Positions 37,694 through 47,062 of a stretch of DNA of 64,000 bases are shown piece by piece. A program made the translations under genes and the position numbers. The notes under the pieces were generated by a model. The model searched no databases, had not been told where the DNA came from, and saw only the letters and a list, made by a program, of their open reading frames with translations. The stretch comes from Bdellovibrionales bacterium. GTDB taxonomy: Bacteria > Bdellovibrionota > Bdellovibrionia > Bdellovibrionales > JAGQZY01. The first letter of the stretch is position 1. Each line of letters starts with the position of its first letter. The stretch lies in contig CAXRHT010000002.1 in the NCBI GenBank assembly GCA_964230645.1, positions 1,728,001-1,792,000 on the forward strand, given 5' to 3'.

Positions 37694-39088
37694 ATTTCAC
37701 AACAAGAGAGATCAAAAAACTTAAAAGGCTTTTTCATCCTCCTGCTCCTCTACCTTACGGCTCTAAATTTACTTTCCTCTTGTGCCACATTATCAAAAAG
37801 CCAGAAAAGCATGATCGAAGAGGTGCAAAAAGACCTCAACGACCTGTTCGAAAGCTCTAAGCCAGGTCTTTGGTTTTCCTATGATTTAAGAAAGCACCCG
37901 ATCTTATTTGTTAGCCCTAAAAGGGAGAGCCTTTACCTTTATTTTAAAGGGCACTTAAAAGAGTTAGAATACAAGCCCGACTCTGAGAGTACCCATTCTT
38001 TTCAATCCGCCTTTGATGTGCAAAAGTTTGAGGGCAAAACCTCTCTTGTGATCAATCTTGATCACTCCGATAAAGCCTCAAAAAAAGAGCTCACTAATCT
38101 TATTCTCCATGAGGGCTTTCATACTTTTATTCAAACTGACGAGAGAGGCTGGGTGAAAACGGAGTCTGAACAATTCCGAGGCGATATCTATCCCCTACAG
38201 TCCATCCCTAGATACTTCCGCCTGGAGATGTATCAAAGCCTTAAAGACTACCTTGAAACAAATGAGCTTTCTCACCTGCACAACTACTCCTACTGGTTTT
38301 GGAAATGGAAGGTGACCTTCCCTAAGGAATACAACAACTACACCGACCGCATTGAAGGCAGTGCTGAGTACTACACTAACGAACAGCTCACCCGACTTGA
38401 AAACCTTAAGAGCTCAAATAAGATCACTTCTTTTGAACACTTTAAAAAATCAGAAAATTTTTTAAATCTCAAAGAAAGTTTAAGTTTAACCATCGAGTCC
38501 TATCACCTGGGTGCTTTAGCCGGCATCGTACTTGATGAAAAGCTTCCCCATTGGAAAAAAGAAGTGCGCAAAGGGGCTTCCCCCCTAGAGCTTCTAGCCC
38601 TTTTACAGACAAAAAGAAGAGAAAAGCCCAATTTCTCCCTACAAAATGAACTCATTCAAATTTCTGTAAAAAGAATGGAGCAAATCGATGGTGATGGTAG
38701 ACTTGATGAGAGCATTAAGCTTTTAGCAAACATAAAAGTCTTGATGCTCATTATCCCCATGTCGGAGGTGGAGTCTTCAGGCTTTATGAGCTCTGGTATG
38801 TATCAGTCTTTTTTTAATTTTCGCCTTATCAGTAATGTGCAATTCATAAAGCTTCTCACGCCCGTAAATATGAAGCACGAAAACTGGCAAACCCAAATTC
38901 CATCGGAAAAAATTTGGATTATGGCCAAAGATCATCCCTGCGCCAATGAATCCCTTGCCACAGTGATCCCGCTAAAAAGGGGAAGCTTTCAATATAAGAA
39001 TGGAAAACTTCAGGTGCTTGAACCCTACAATTTTAGTCTGGAAGTAAAGCCCTTTGATGACCGCCGTATCTTTTGCGCCAAACTGTAA
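37694..39088 (+). CDS. HExxH zinc-metallopeptidase-like putative lipoprotein; start uncertain (ATT 37694 vs ATG 37811)
   Basis: LILHEGFH plus downstream EGSAEY (gluzincin-like); in-frame upstream lipoprotein signal ending LSSC. Confidence 0.6.
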   Translation: MSQQERSKNLKGFFILLLLYLTALNLLSSCATLSKSQKSMIEEVQKDLNDLFESSKPGLWFSYDLRKHPILFVSPKRESLYLYFKGHLKELEYKPDSESTHSFQSAFDVQKFEGKTSLVINLDHSDKASKKELTNLILHEGFHTFIQTDERGWVKTESEQFRGDIYPLQSIPRYFRLEMYQSLKDYLETNELSHLHNYSYWFWKWKVTFPKEYNNYTDRIEGSAEYYTNEQLTRLENLKSSNKITSFEHFKKSENFLNLKESLSLTIESYHLGALAGIVLDEKLPHWKKEVRKGASPLELLALLQTKRREKPNFSLQNELIQISVKRMEQIDGDGRLDESIKLLANIKVLMLIIPMSEVESSGFMSSGMYQSFFNFRLISNVQFIKLLTPVNMKHENWQTQIPSEKIWIMAKDHPCANESLATVIPLKRGSFQYKNGKLQVLEPYNFSLEVKPFDDRRIFCAKL

Positions 39089-39296
39089 TATCATACCTTG
39101 ATTACTAATTTTGCTTTGTGATGTTCAGCAAGTCTTAACTTTCTAGGTAGGCATTGTGGGAACTCGGTTACATGTACCACTGAGGAATGCAGATCTGTCG
39201 AGTATGGATAGAGTATTATTGACTAACACATGAAGAAGCTAAACTAAGCTAAGAGAGGGATTAAACACTCGATTGACCTAGGTTTATTTTTCACAA

Positions 39297-39641
39297 CTAT
39301 TTTACCTTTCTCATTTCTCGATCGACTGCCTCCGCCAACTTCTCACAATCTTTCATATTTTTGGCTTTACAACTCTTCTCCATACTATCAAACTTCTCAC
39401 AGGGTGATAGGTCTTTACCTTTGATATTGGTAATGCAGTCAACTTTATATTCCAGGTACTTACCAGAGACGGCTGTGATAGTGCCGATATCTTCGGTTTT
39501 TTGCCTTATTGTCTTGATCCTATCCCTCTCTTTTGCAATCTCTTCCTCCACATACCTCGTGCAGCTGATTGTAAAAAAAGCTAAATATAAAATAAGAACA
39601 AATCGTGTTTCTGTGGATCTGCCCTCCAAGTATATTCGCAT
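39297..39641 (-). CDS. Small hypothetical lipoprotein
   Basis: GGAGA RBS before ATG 39641; hydrophobic stretch followed by TISC; four further Cys. Confidence 0.55.
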   Translation of the reverse strand: MRIYLEGRSTETRFVLILYLAFFTISCTRYVEEEIAKERDRIKTIRQKTEDIGTITAVSGKYLEYKVDCITNIKGKDLSPCEKFDSMEKSCKAKNMKDCEKLAEAVDREMRKVK

Positions 39642-39817
39642 TCTTTCTCCTGTCACATCGTTGGTTGGCCAATATCTAGCGGTACCAAAACCCATTCAAT
39701 ATTCGTAAAACTCGGTCAAAACATTTTACCTTTACGAAATCTAAAACCAGAATCTACTATAATGTTCTTTTACCTGAAGAATAGGACTCGGCAACAAATA
39801 TACTAGCTCAAGTGACC

Positions 39818-40549
39818 TTAGTGCTCGACATCAAGAACGATGGTGGTGATATTGTCATCTCCACCCTCTTCTTTGGCGCGATCCACACACATCTTTACGG
39901 CTTTTTCTTTGGGATTGTTTTTACAGATCTCATGGATTTCTCGGTCATCGACTAAACCGCAAAGTCCATCGGAACAAAGGAGGAAATGATCCCCCACAGA
40001 GAGTCCCTTTTTGATAATGTCGCAACGGACATTTCTCTCGAAACCAACACTTCGCGTTATGATATTCTTAGCCTGAAAGTCTTTGGCTTCACTGTCTTTT
40101 AATAAACCCGCACGAATGTGCTCATTTACCAGCGAGTGATCTTCGGTCATTTGCCAGAGATATTGGTTGTTAAAAAAGTAAGCTCTCGAATCTCCCACAT
40201 TGGCGATATAGATTTCCTGTTCATGAATATAAGCGACCACTAAGGTCGTTCCCATACCCTGAAACATATTGTTGTTCTCTTGGCTTTTTAGAAAAATGCG
40301 GGAGCTTGCCTCGATGTAACATTCCTCCAACATGGCTCTAGGAGACAAAAAGGTATGTTCTTCTCTGTGAGTTTTTACAGTTTCATGAACGGCTTCGACG
40401 GCCAAACGTGAGGCAAGATCGCCCCCCTTATGGCCACCCATTCCGTCGGCCACAATGAACAATCCCATATCTTCGTCGACCAACAGATTGTCTTCATTTT
40501 TGCTCCGCTTAAGACCAACGTCTGTGATCCCAAAAGCTGTTACTTTCAT
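39818..40549 (-). CDS. PP2C/PPM Ser/Thr protein phosphatase (Stp1/PrpC-like)
   Basis: NED, VADGMGG, GTT, NVGDSR, CSDGL, GG.DN.T. Confidence 0.95.
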   Translation of the reverse strand: MKVTAFGITDVGLKRSKNEDNLLVDEDMGLFIVADGMGGHKGGDLASRLAVEAVHETVKTHREEHTFLSPRAMLEECYIEASSRIFLKSQENNNMFQGMGTTLVVAYIHEQEIYIANVGDSRAYFFNNQYLWQMTEDHSLVNEHIRAGLLKDSEAKDFQAKNIITRSVGFERNVRCDIIKKGLSVGDHFLLCSDGLCGLVDDREIHEICKNNPKEKAVKMCVDRAKEEGGDDNITTIVLDVEH

Positions 40550-40602
40550 AGTTTTGATTTTACGCAAGTAAGAGTATTAACTCAAAGAATTTATTTCTAG
40601 CC

Positions 40603-40630
40603 TCAATTTCTAAGCCTGACCCGCCGATAG
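40603..40630 (+). promoter_or_regulatory. Putative sigma28/FliA promoter TCAA-N16-GCCGATAG
   Basis: Boxes end 7 nt before ATG 40638. Confidence 0.55.
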
Positions 40631-40637
40631 AAAACCA

Positions 40638-41504
40638 ATGGAAAAAGGGCGGAAAACCACAAATCGATCATTTGTCATTTCACTGGCAATTCACATTCTC
40701 CTTCTGATTTTCCTTTTTGTTCACGAAAAAACTTTTGATTCAAAAAGAGAAAAGCCAGAAGAGATGGAAGTCCAGTGGGTGGAATTCAAAGAGCAACCTC
40801 AGCCTTTAAGAGAAGCACAGATTGTTGAGCAGGACGACAAGTCTCTTAACGACCAAGTGCCAGAAGACAATTATAAGCTGAGTAAAAACAATCAGGACGT
40901 ATTAAAAGAAACCAAAGCCCAAAAGCATGGCGAGTTTCAAAACCGCCGCAACCAAGTGGCTGGCGAGAAAAAGAAGCCTGAACCTAAGCAAGAAAAAGTC
41001 AGTGAGAAGCAAAAAGTACTCGATCAACTCAAGCCCTCGCTCTACGACACCCAATACGCTGCTAAAAAGCTAGCCCCACCCCCTGAGCCCGCCATGAGTG
41101 GAGCCGAGGTAAGCCAAAACGACGACTACCTAAAAGACGTTGTGGCTGGAGCTGAGACCCTTCTTAAAACCCGGGAGTTTGTTTACTACTCCTACTACAA
41201 CCGCATTAAGAAAAGACTCAAGCAACACTGGGAGCCTCGGATTCAGGAGAAAATCGTAAAAATCCTGCGTAAGGGCCGAAAAATCGCCAGTGTGAACGAC
41301 AAAATTACCCACCTTGTCATAACTCTTGATAAGGACGGAGAATTGAAAAGAATTCAAGTCAAACAGGCCTCGGGCTACAACGATTTAGATGATGCCGCTA
41401 TCGAAGCCTTTCGAGCCGCGGCTCCTTTTCCAAATCCTCCTAAGGGCATTGTCACAGGCGCTGGAGAGGTCCAAATTCCTTGGAGCTTCGTGCTTGAAAC
41501 CTGA
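40638..41504 (+). CDS. TonB family energy transducer
   Basis: TM helix S..IH, K/E/P-rich linker, C-terminal SG...LD.AA..A...AAPFP.PP. Confidence 0.9.
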   Translation: MEKGRKTTNRSFVISLAIHILLLIFLFVHEKTFDSKREKPEEMEVQWVEFKEQPQPLREAQIVEQDDKSLNDQVPEDNYKLSKNNQDVLKETKAQKHGEFQNRRNQVAGEKKKPEPKQEKVSEKQKVLDQLKPSLYDTQYAAKKLAPPPEPAMSGAEVSQNDDYLKDVVAGAETLLKTREFVYYSYYNRIKKRLKQHWEPRIQEKIVKILRKGRKIASVNDKITHLVITLDKDGELKRIQVKQASGYNDLDDAAIEAFRAAAPFPNPPKGIVTGAGEVQIPWSFVLET

Positions 41505-41593
41505 TATATTTTAATATTTTAAAGGTCGAAAAAAGACTTAACGATCACCTGTTTTTTGCATAAGATCCGGCACAAACACGAACGAGGTTATCT

Positions 41594-44377
41594 ATGGCGA
41601 AATCGAAAGTTTCAGCAAAGGATTTGGATTCTATTTTCTCCCGCGCCCATTATTTGGCAAACCAAATGATCTTCCAGGCGAACAATCGTAAGGATAAAGC
41701 AAAGGGCGATCCCAAAGTAGGAGGACACTCCTCAGGTAGTACATCAGCCCTCCATATTGTTGGAGCTCTTCACCTGTTTTCTAAAAAAGGCTACGACCAT
41801 ATTTGCAATAAGCCTCACGCCTCTCCTGCGGATCATGCTTTTAACTACCTTCTCGACCAACTTTATACTGATGATGGCGAAAAACTCACTCAGGAAGAAA
41901 AAGACAAGGCCATGATGCGCCTCAGAGCTTTCCCCAATGAGGAGTATCCTCATAGTTTTCAGAGCTACCACTCCGTTTTTGATCCCGATAGCCACAACTT
42001 TTTCCCCTCAGGAACAGTGGGAATCCCCCCTGTAAACGCTGGTTACTTAGCTTTGGCTTACCGTTTTGCTAAAAAACACGGCTACGAAGTTCCTGACGCT
42101 CACTTCTGGTGTGTGATGGGAGATGCGGAGTTTAGAGAGGGCTCTTTGTTTGAAGCCACTCCAGACTTTGCCGAAAGACAGATTGGAAACCTCACCTGGA
42201 TCCTTGATTACAATCGCCAAAGTCTTGATGGACATAGAATCACCAACAAAAAAATAATGGGCGGAACCGACAACGAGCGTATCCAAAAAACAATGGAAGC
42301 CAACGGGTGGGAAGTCATCCAAGTGCGCCACGGTAAAAAGCGCCAAGAGCTCTTTAAGAAAAAAGAGGGTGAAAAGTTCAAAGAGTTTTTAGAACAGGAA
42401 ATCAGTGACTACGCTCTCCAGGCCCTTCTTTTGATCAGAGATCCCAAGAAACTCAAAGAGAACATGGTGAAAAAATACTCAAAGCTAAAGAGCTTTTTTA
42501 ATTCTATCGAAGAAGAAACTCTTTACGGAGCTCTAAGAGATTTCGGTGGTCACGATGTGGAAGCCCTTAGAGAGGCCTTTGAGAAATCAAAAGAATCCAC
42601 AGAAAAACCCACAATTGTAATTGCCCATACACTCAAAGGTTGGGGTCTTGAGATGGAAGCTGAGCAAGGCAACCACTCTTCCCTTCCTAGCAAAAAAGAA
42701 ATGGAAAGCCTAAGAGCTGCCCAAGGCCTTGAAGGCGACACCCTTTTTGCAGGCTTTGAAAAAGGATCGAAAGAAGCTAAGTTTCTTGAAGAGCGTGGCA
42801 AACAGATCGAAAAAGAAATGAAAGAGCAGTTCGATCTTAAAAAGAAAAACCAAGAGTTTTTCAAAAAACAAATCGAAGAAGACGGCGGAATTCCCGATAG
42901 CCTTAACATCAATTTAAAAATGGCGAGCTACCCCCACACCCAATGGATGCTGGGTCAGTGTGCCGCTAAGCTCACTCGTATTGCCAACTCCAAAGATGGC
43001 AACGATTCAAAGCCTCTTGAAGATGATGAAAAACAGTGGCAAACCGCCGGAGAGCTTTTAACCACTATGGCTCCGGACGTTGGAACTAGTACAAACTTAA
43101 ACCCCGCCATGGATGGAAAAGTCTTTGGTGCTAATATTGAAGAAGATTTGGAAACAGAGTTTGGTGTGAGAAACAGCAAACTTCCTGACCTTATTCCTGA
43201 TGAGAAAGGTTCGGATCGTTTCGTTCGTTTTGAAATTACAGAGGCCAACACCATGTCTTGCATGGGATCTTATGGACGAATGCGTGATATCACAGGGGTT
43301 CCTATTTTACCTCTAATGACCGTTTACGATTTCTTTTTAAAACGGGCTCTGGATCAGCTTTTTTATAACCTTTACTGGAAATCAAGTTTCATTCTTGTGG
43401 GTACACCCTCAGGTGTGACGCTTTCTCCGGAAGGCGCTCAGCACGGCTGGAAATCTGACATTCAAATTCCCAACCAAATCACTTGGGAACCGGCCTTCTG
43501 CCAAGAAATGGACTGGATTCTATCAGAGAGCATTCGTCGCCACCTTACTAACGATAACGAAGGTCGAAACGGTGTGATCATTCGCGGAGTGACTCGTGGT
43601 GTGGATCAGAAAATGCTGATGAAATACCTCAAGCGTCAAAAGCGCTTTAAAAAAGAAGATAAGCTTTTAGCTCTTAAAGATTACCCACTTGAGGGAGCCA
43701 CCACAGAGTCTGATGTTGATAGTGTGAAAGATGAAGAGATCATGAAAACCCTAAGAGAAGAAGTTCTTCAAGGAGCTTACTATCTCATCGACTATCGCGG
43801 CTACGCCAACTACGAGCCAGGCGATAATGTGGTCAACATTTTCTCACTTGGCGCACTGGTGACTGAAGCCGTTGATGCGTCCGAAAAACTTTTGGAAAAA
43901 GGTATTTACGCTAACGTTATCGTTGTAACTTCAACTGACCTGTTAGTTGGAAACCTCGCCCATGAGGATAACTACTCTTACTTAAGAGAGCACTTAAAAG
44001 TTTCTGGAGATCTTCACTTACAACCAACCGTTAATGGCAACGCTTCTAGTAGCGAGATTGCCACCCTTTCTGGAAGAAGGGTTCCTTGTGTGAGTGTTCA
44101 CGACGGTGAGCCAGGACTTCTTGATAATATTGGAAGTATCGTGGGTGTTCGCCATGAGACAATGGCCGTGAGAAAGCATTCCAAATGTGGAAGGCCCGTT
44201 GATATTTACGGCTACCATAATATCGACAGCGATGCGGTTGTTGAAGCTTGCGGAAAAGTTCTTTCTGAAACAGCTATGGAAACCATTCGTGTGAGTCAAA
44301 AAGCTTTAAATCAAGCCAACTCGCAAAGTGAAAAACCTTCCGGTGAGTGGACTCAGTTGTGGGATCGAAAGTCTTAA
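41594..44377 (+). CDS. AceE-type (single-chain) pyruvate/2-oxoacid dehydrogenase E1
   Basis: KVGGH, KPHASP, ThDP motif GDAEFREG...DYNRQSLD, TPSGVTLSPEGAQH. Confidence 0.88.
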   Translation: MAKSKVSAKDLDSIFSRAHYLANQMIFQANNRKDKAKGDPKVGGHSSGSTSALHIVGALHLFSKKGYDHICNKPHASPADHAFNYLLDQLYTDDGEKLTQEEKDKAMMRLRAFPNEEYPHSFQSYHSVFDPDSHNFFPSGTVGIPPVNAGYLALAYRFAKKHGYEVPDAHFWCVMGDAEFREGSLFEATPDFAERQIGNLTWILDYNRQSLDGHRITNKKIMGGTDNERIQKTMEANGWEVIQVRHGKKRQELFKKKEGEKFKEFLEQEISDYALQALLLIRDPKKLKENMVKKYSKLKSFFNSIEEETLYGALRDFGGHDVEALREAFEKSKESTEKPTIVIAHTLKGWGLEMEAEQGNHSSLPSKKEMESLRAAQGLEGDTLFAGFEKGSKEAKFLEERGKQIEKEMKEQFDLKKKNQEFFKKQIEEDGGIPDSLNINLKMASYPHTQWMLGQCAAKLTRIANSKDGNDSKPLEDDEKQWQTAGELLTTMAPDVGTSTNLNPAMDGKVFGANIEEDLETEFGVRNSKLPDLIPDEKGSDRFVRFEITEANTMSCMGSYGRMRDITGVPILPLMTVYDFFLKRALDQLFYNLYWKSSFILVGTPSGVTLSPEGAQHGWKSDIQIPNQITWEPAFCQEMDWILSESIRRHLTNDNEGRNGVIIRGVTRGVDQKMLMKYLKRQKRFKKEDKLLALKDYPLEGATTESDVDSVKDEEIMKTLREEVLQGAYYLIDYRGYANYEPGDNVVNIFSLGALVTEAVDASEKLLEKGIYANVIVVTSTDLLVGNLAHEDNYSYLREHLKVSGDLHLQPTVNGNASSSEIATLSGRRVPCVSVHDGEPGLLDNIGSIVGVRHETMAVRKHSKCGRPVDIYGYHNIDSDAVVEACGKVLSETAMETIRVSQKALNQANSQSEKPSGEWTQLWDRKS

Positions 44378-45105
44378 CCAAAGAAGGCTTTCGTCTTTTC
44401 AGACATTCAGCAAACGAAACCAAGTTCAAACCCACAGTGATTTTTGTCCATCACATGTGGGGCAACCATAAGACCTGCTGGCGCCATTTTCGCTATCTGA
44501 ACGATAAAGGTTTTAACTGTATCTCTTTTGATCTCCTAATGGGCTCTTCACACACCAAATATCAATACCACCCAGAAATGAAATATATCTATAAAGGTGT
44601 TTTCTACATCTGGACCCGCCAAATTCGCAGTATTCTCGATAGTATCGAAGGTCCAAAGATCGTTTACGCATTCTCAGGCCCCAGTCTCTCAGCACTCTGG
44701 GCCTGCCAGGGGCGCGATGATATCGTTAAGGTGATTTGTGACGGCGGCCCCTTTCATGACCTCTATGAAAACACAAAAAACTTTTTCTATTATGAAATAG
44801 GAATAAAAAATAAAACCCTCAATGCCATCGCCTCATTTTTTGGAACCGCCATCTGGGGTTACAAACCCTTAAGAAAACTTCACCAAGTCCTAAGCTTTTG
44901 GCCAAGCAACATCCCCATACTTTCCATAAGAGGCCGACAAGACAACATCGTTAATATTGAAAGCATTAGAGCGGTTTTTGATCCCCACCCTAAACTTGAT
45001 CTCACCGTCCTTGAATTACAACACGGCAAACACCTCGACGGAATCAGAGACTACCCAGAGGAGTACTGCAAGACTATGTACCCTTTTATTAAAAAAAATC
45101 TTTAG
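44347..45105 (+). CDS. Alpha/beta hydrolase fold protein
   Basis: VIFVHH.WG, AFSG nucleophile-elbow-like motif, RG..D, GKHL. Confidence 0.7.
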   Translation: MDSVVGSKVLTKEGFRLFRHSANETKFKPTVIFVHHMWGNHKTCWRHFRYLNDKGFNCISFDLLMGSSHTKYQYHPEMKYIYKGVFYIWTRQIRSILDSIEGPKIVYAFSGPSLSALWACQGRDDIVKVICDGGPFHDLYENTKNFFYYEIGIKNKTLNAIASFFGTAIWGYKPLRKLHQVLSFWPSNIPILSIRGRQDNIVNIESIRAVFDPHPKLDLTVLELQHGKHLDGIRDYPEEYCKTMYPFIKKNL

Positions 45106-45334
45106 CTCAAATTTCAAAAACTATTACAGTGAAAATTTACAAATGACCTAGGAATCCCTGCCATAGTGCCTTCTAGGCAGTGCCGCAAATTGTTTGACAG
45201 TGTCAGGGATCGTACCAAAATTTGTCATACTGATTCATTACCTATTTTCTCACCGAATTACAGGGTGTTGTTAACTCTTTAATTTTGTTTTTGAAGTGCT
45301 GTTGTCTTTTTTGACATTCCTTTTGCCTTCGTTT

Positions 45335-45350
45335 TGGCCCCTCTTTTGTA
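45335..45350 (+). promoter_or_regulatory. Putative sigma54 promoter TGGCCC-N5-TTGTA
   Basis: -24/-12 spacing upstream of ATG 45392; TGACAGTGTCA palindrome about 140 nt upstream. Confidence 0.35.
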
Positions 45351-45391
45351 TTTTATAAAACTTGAGTGCAATCAAGCACCAGAGGGAAACG

Positions 45392-46861
45392 ATGTTGCTA
45401 AAAGGAATTAAAATAGAATCTATAATTTGTTTTTTGGCACTTTTGGTGAGTGCTTTGATTCTGCCACAGGTGAGCTTCGCTGCGGAACCGGCTCCTGAAG
45501 AACTAGTAAATCGTTTTTTGGAAAGAAACCAACTTTTGGCCATCGAATATTTTGAGTCCAATTTATCAAACCTTGAAAAGTTTGTGGACTGCTTAGAAGA
45601 TGCTTCCCGGTGCTCCCACTCAAATCTTGAAGTGAGCCGTGGAGAAGAGATCATTGAAATCGAATTTACTCAGGCTAATCTTGTTGAGTTCATTCGTGCA
45701 CGGTACTCAGAGCTTAGAATATTAGGCGGTATTCATTCCTACACCGCAGTAGAAAGAGGTCTGGCTCTAGGGAGAGGACGGATGTCAATTACGCCCTTTC
45801 ATGGTTCAAACGCTATTATTTTTGATACTCGCGATGAACCCGGTGAGAGAGAATGGCAGCAGATTCAAGACATCTACAATGGAGAACTTCAAGCCATTGA
45901 ATTTCATAATGAGCAAATCCACCGTAACCGATTCACTTTTGGTGAGGCCACGACCGCTACTATGAGAGATGTTGTTAAAGCGCAAATGGTAGCACTTCTT
46001 CAAAAGTTTCCTTTTCTTAAGCATATGACTCGTCATAATCCGGGACGAGAAGAAGTGCTTGAGGCCTTTTCAAGGCTCAAACGCTCTTACATTAACACCC
46101 TCACACATATCGCTACTCTTGAGGGAGATGACCGCTTCGAACTTTTTGGCTTTGTGGCAACACTCCAGTCTGCTTTTTCTGAATTTAATGATGAGGAGCA
46201 GGCTTTGCTTGAAGAGCACTTCGAATACATTGAAGAAACCAATACCATCTGGAATCAAATTTTAGATCTTGTAACCAGTCGATACTTTCTCGGAATGATC
46301 GGTTGTTGGACCGCTTCTGTTTTTATTCCCCCTGTGGCTGCCATTTGTGGAGCCATCGGTGTCGGCTTTGCCGTACCTGGTATCTATAATCTCGTTCAAG
46401 ATGGTTTAAGGCTTGGCGATTTTCGGGCGACAGGAGAGTACGATCAAGGAACCTACACTCGCTATATGACCGGCATTTTACTTTCAGGTGGAATGTATTT
46501 GGTAATGGCTCAAACAGCAGTACCCGGTCTTATTCGCAACGTGCGAAGCTTTCACTCTCGCACCACGGATGTGATTCAAAGAGTTCGCCTCTCCCCACGA
46601 ACAGCTTTTGGAACCACTAGAGATATCCTATCAGGAGAGGTTGATGTTCTTTGGCGCTCTTTTCTTTTTAATCTTAAAGATTTTGGTTCTGAGGGTATGG
46701 TTGATTTGGCCGCTCAGCAAATCAATGGCGTTAGTATTCGACAACTTCTTCCCACCATCCGAAGAGCCTTCCAAACAAATCTAGCCCGCATTGAAGCCCG
46801 TAGTCCTCAGATCTTTCTTTATTCCGATGTTTTAAGAGTTTCGCAAACAGTCCTTCCTTAA
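45392..46861 (+). CDS. Secreted helical hypothetical protein with C-terminal hydrophobic helices
   Basis: Signal peptide ending SFA; Gly/Ala-rich hydrophobic segments in the C-terminal half. Confidence 0.75.
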   Translation: MLLKGIKIESIICFLALLVSALILPQVSFAAEPAPEELVNRFLERNQLLAIEYFESNLSNLEKFVDCLEDASRCSHSNLEVSRGEEIIEIEFTQANLVEFIRARYSELRILGGIHSYTAVERGLALGRGRMSITPFHGSNAIIFDTRDEPGEREWQQIQDIYNGELQAIEFHNEQIHRNRFTFGEATTATMRDVVKAQMVALLQKFPFLKHMTRHNPGREEVLEAFSRLKRSYINTLTHIATLEGDDRFELFGFVATLQSAFSEFNDEEQALLEEHFEYIEETNTIWNQILDLVTSRYFLGMIGCWTASVFIPPVAAICGAIGVGFAVPGIYNLVQDGLRLGDFRATGEYDQGTYTRYMTGILLSGGMYLVMAQTAVPGLIRNVRSFHSRTTDVIQRVRLSPRTAFGTTRDILSGEVDVLWRSFLFNLKDFGSEGMVDLAAQQINGVSIRQLLPTIRRAFQTNLARIEARSPQIFLYSDVLRVSQTVLP

Positions 46862-47029
46862 TTGCAGCCGTGTTTTATTTTAAGTCTCTGGTCCTTAAAA
46901 AAAAGCCCACTGATCACCGATTTCTGCCAATAAACGTCGGCAATCTCGGTGAGTTAACAATTTTTGTCACCCAAGTGGGTAAAGTTTAAACAGAGAAGGA
47001 TTTAATGAGGGGATGAGCTCACTTTTTTC

Positions 47030-47045
47030 TGGCACAGCTCTTGAA
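47030..47045 (+). promoter_or_regulatory. Putative sigma54 promoter TGGCAC-N5-TTGAA
   Basis: Perfect -24 box and one mismatch at -12; just upstream of ATG 47063. Confidence 0.5.
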
Positions 47046-47062
47046 CTATTAATTGACGAATT

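Noticed and set aside
39089..39296. Intergenic stretch with a short Cys-rich reading (CGNSVTCTTEECR)
   Set aside because: No start or RBS, and stops in all frames; at most an unidentifiable remnant
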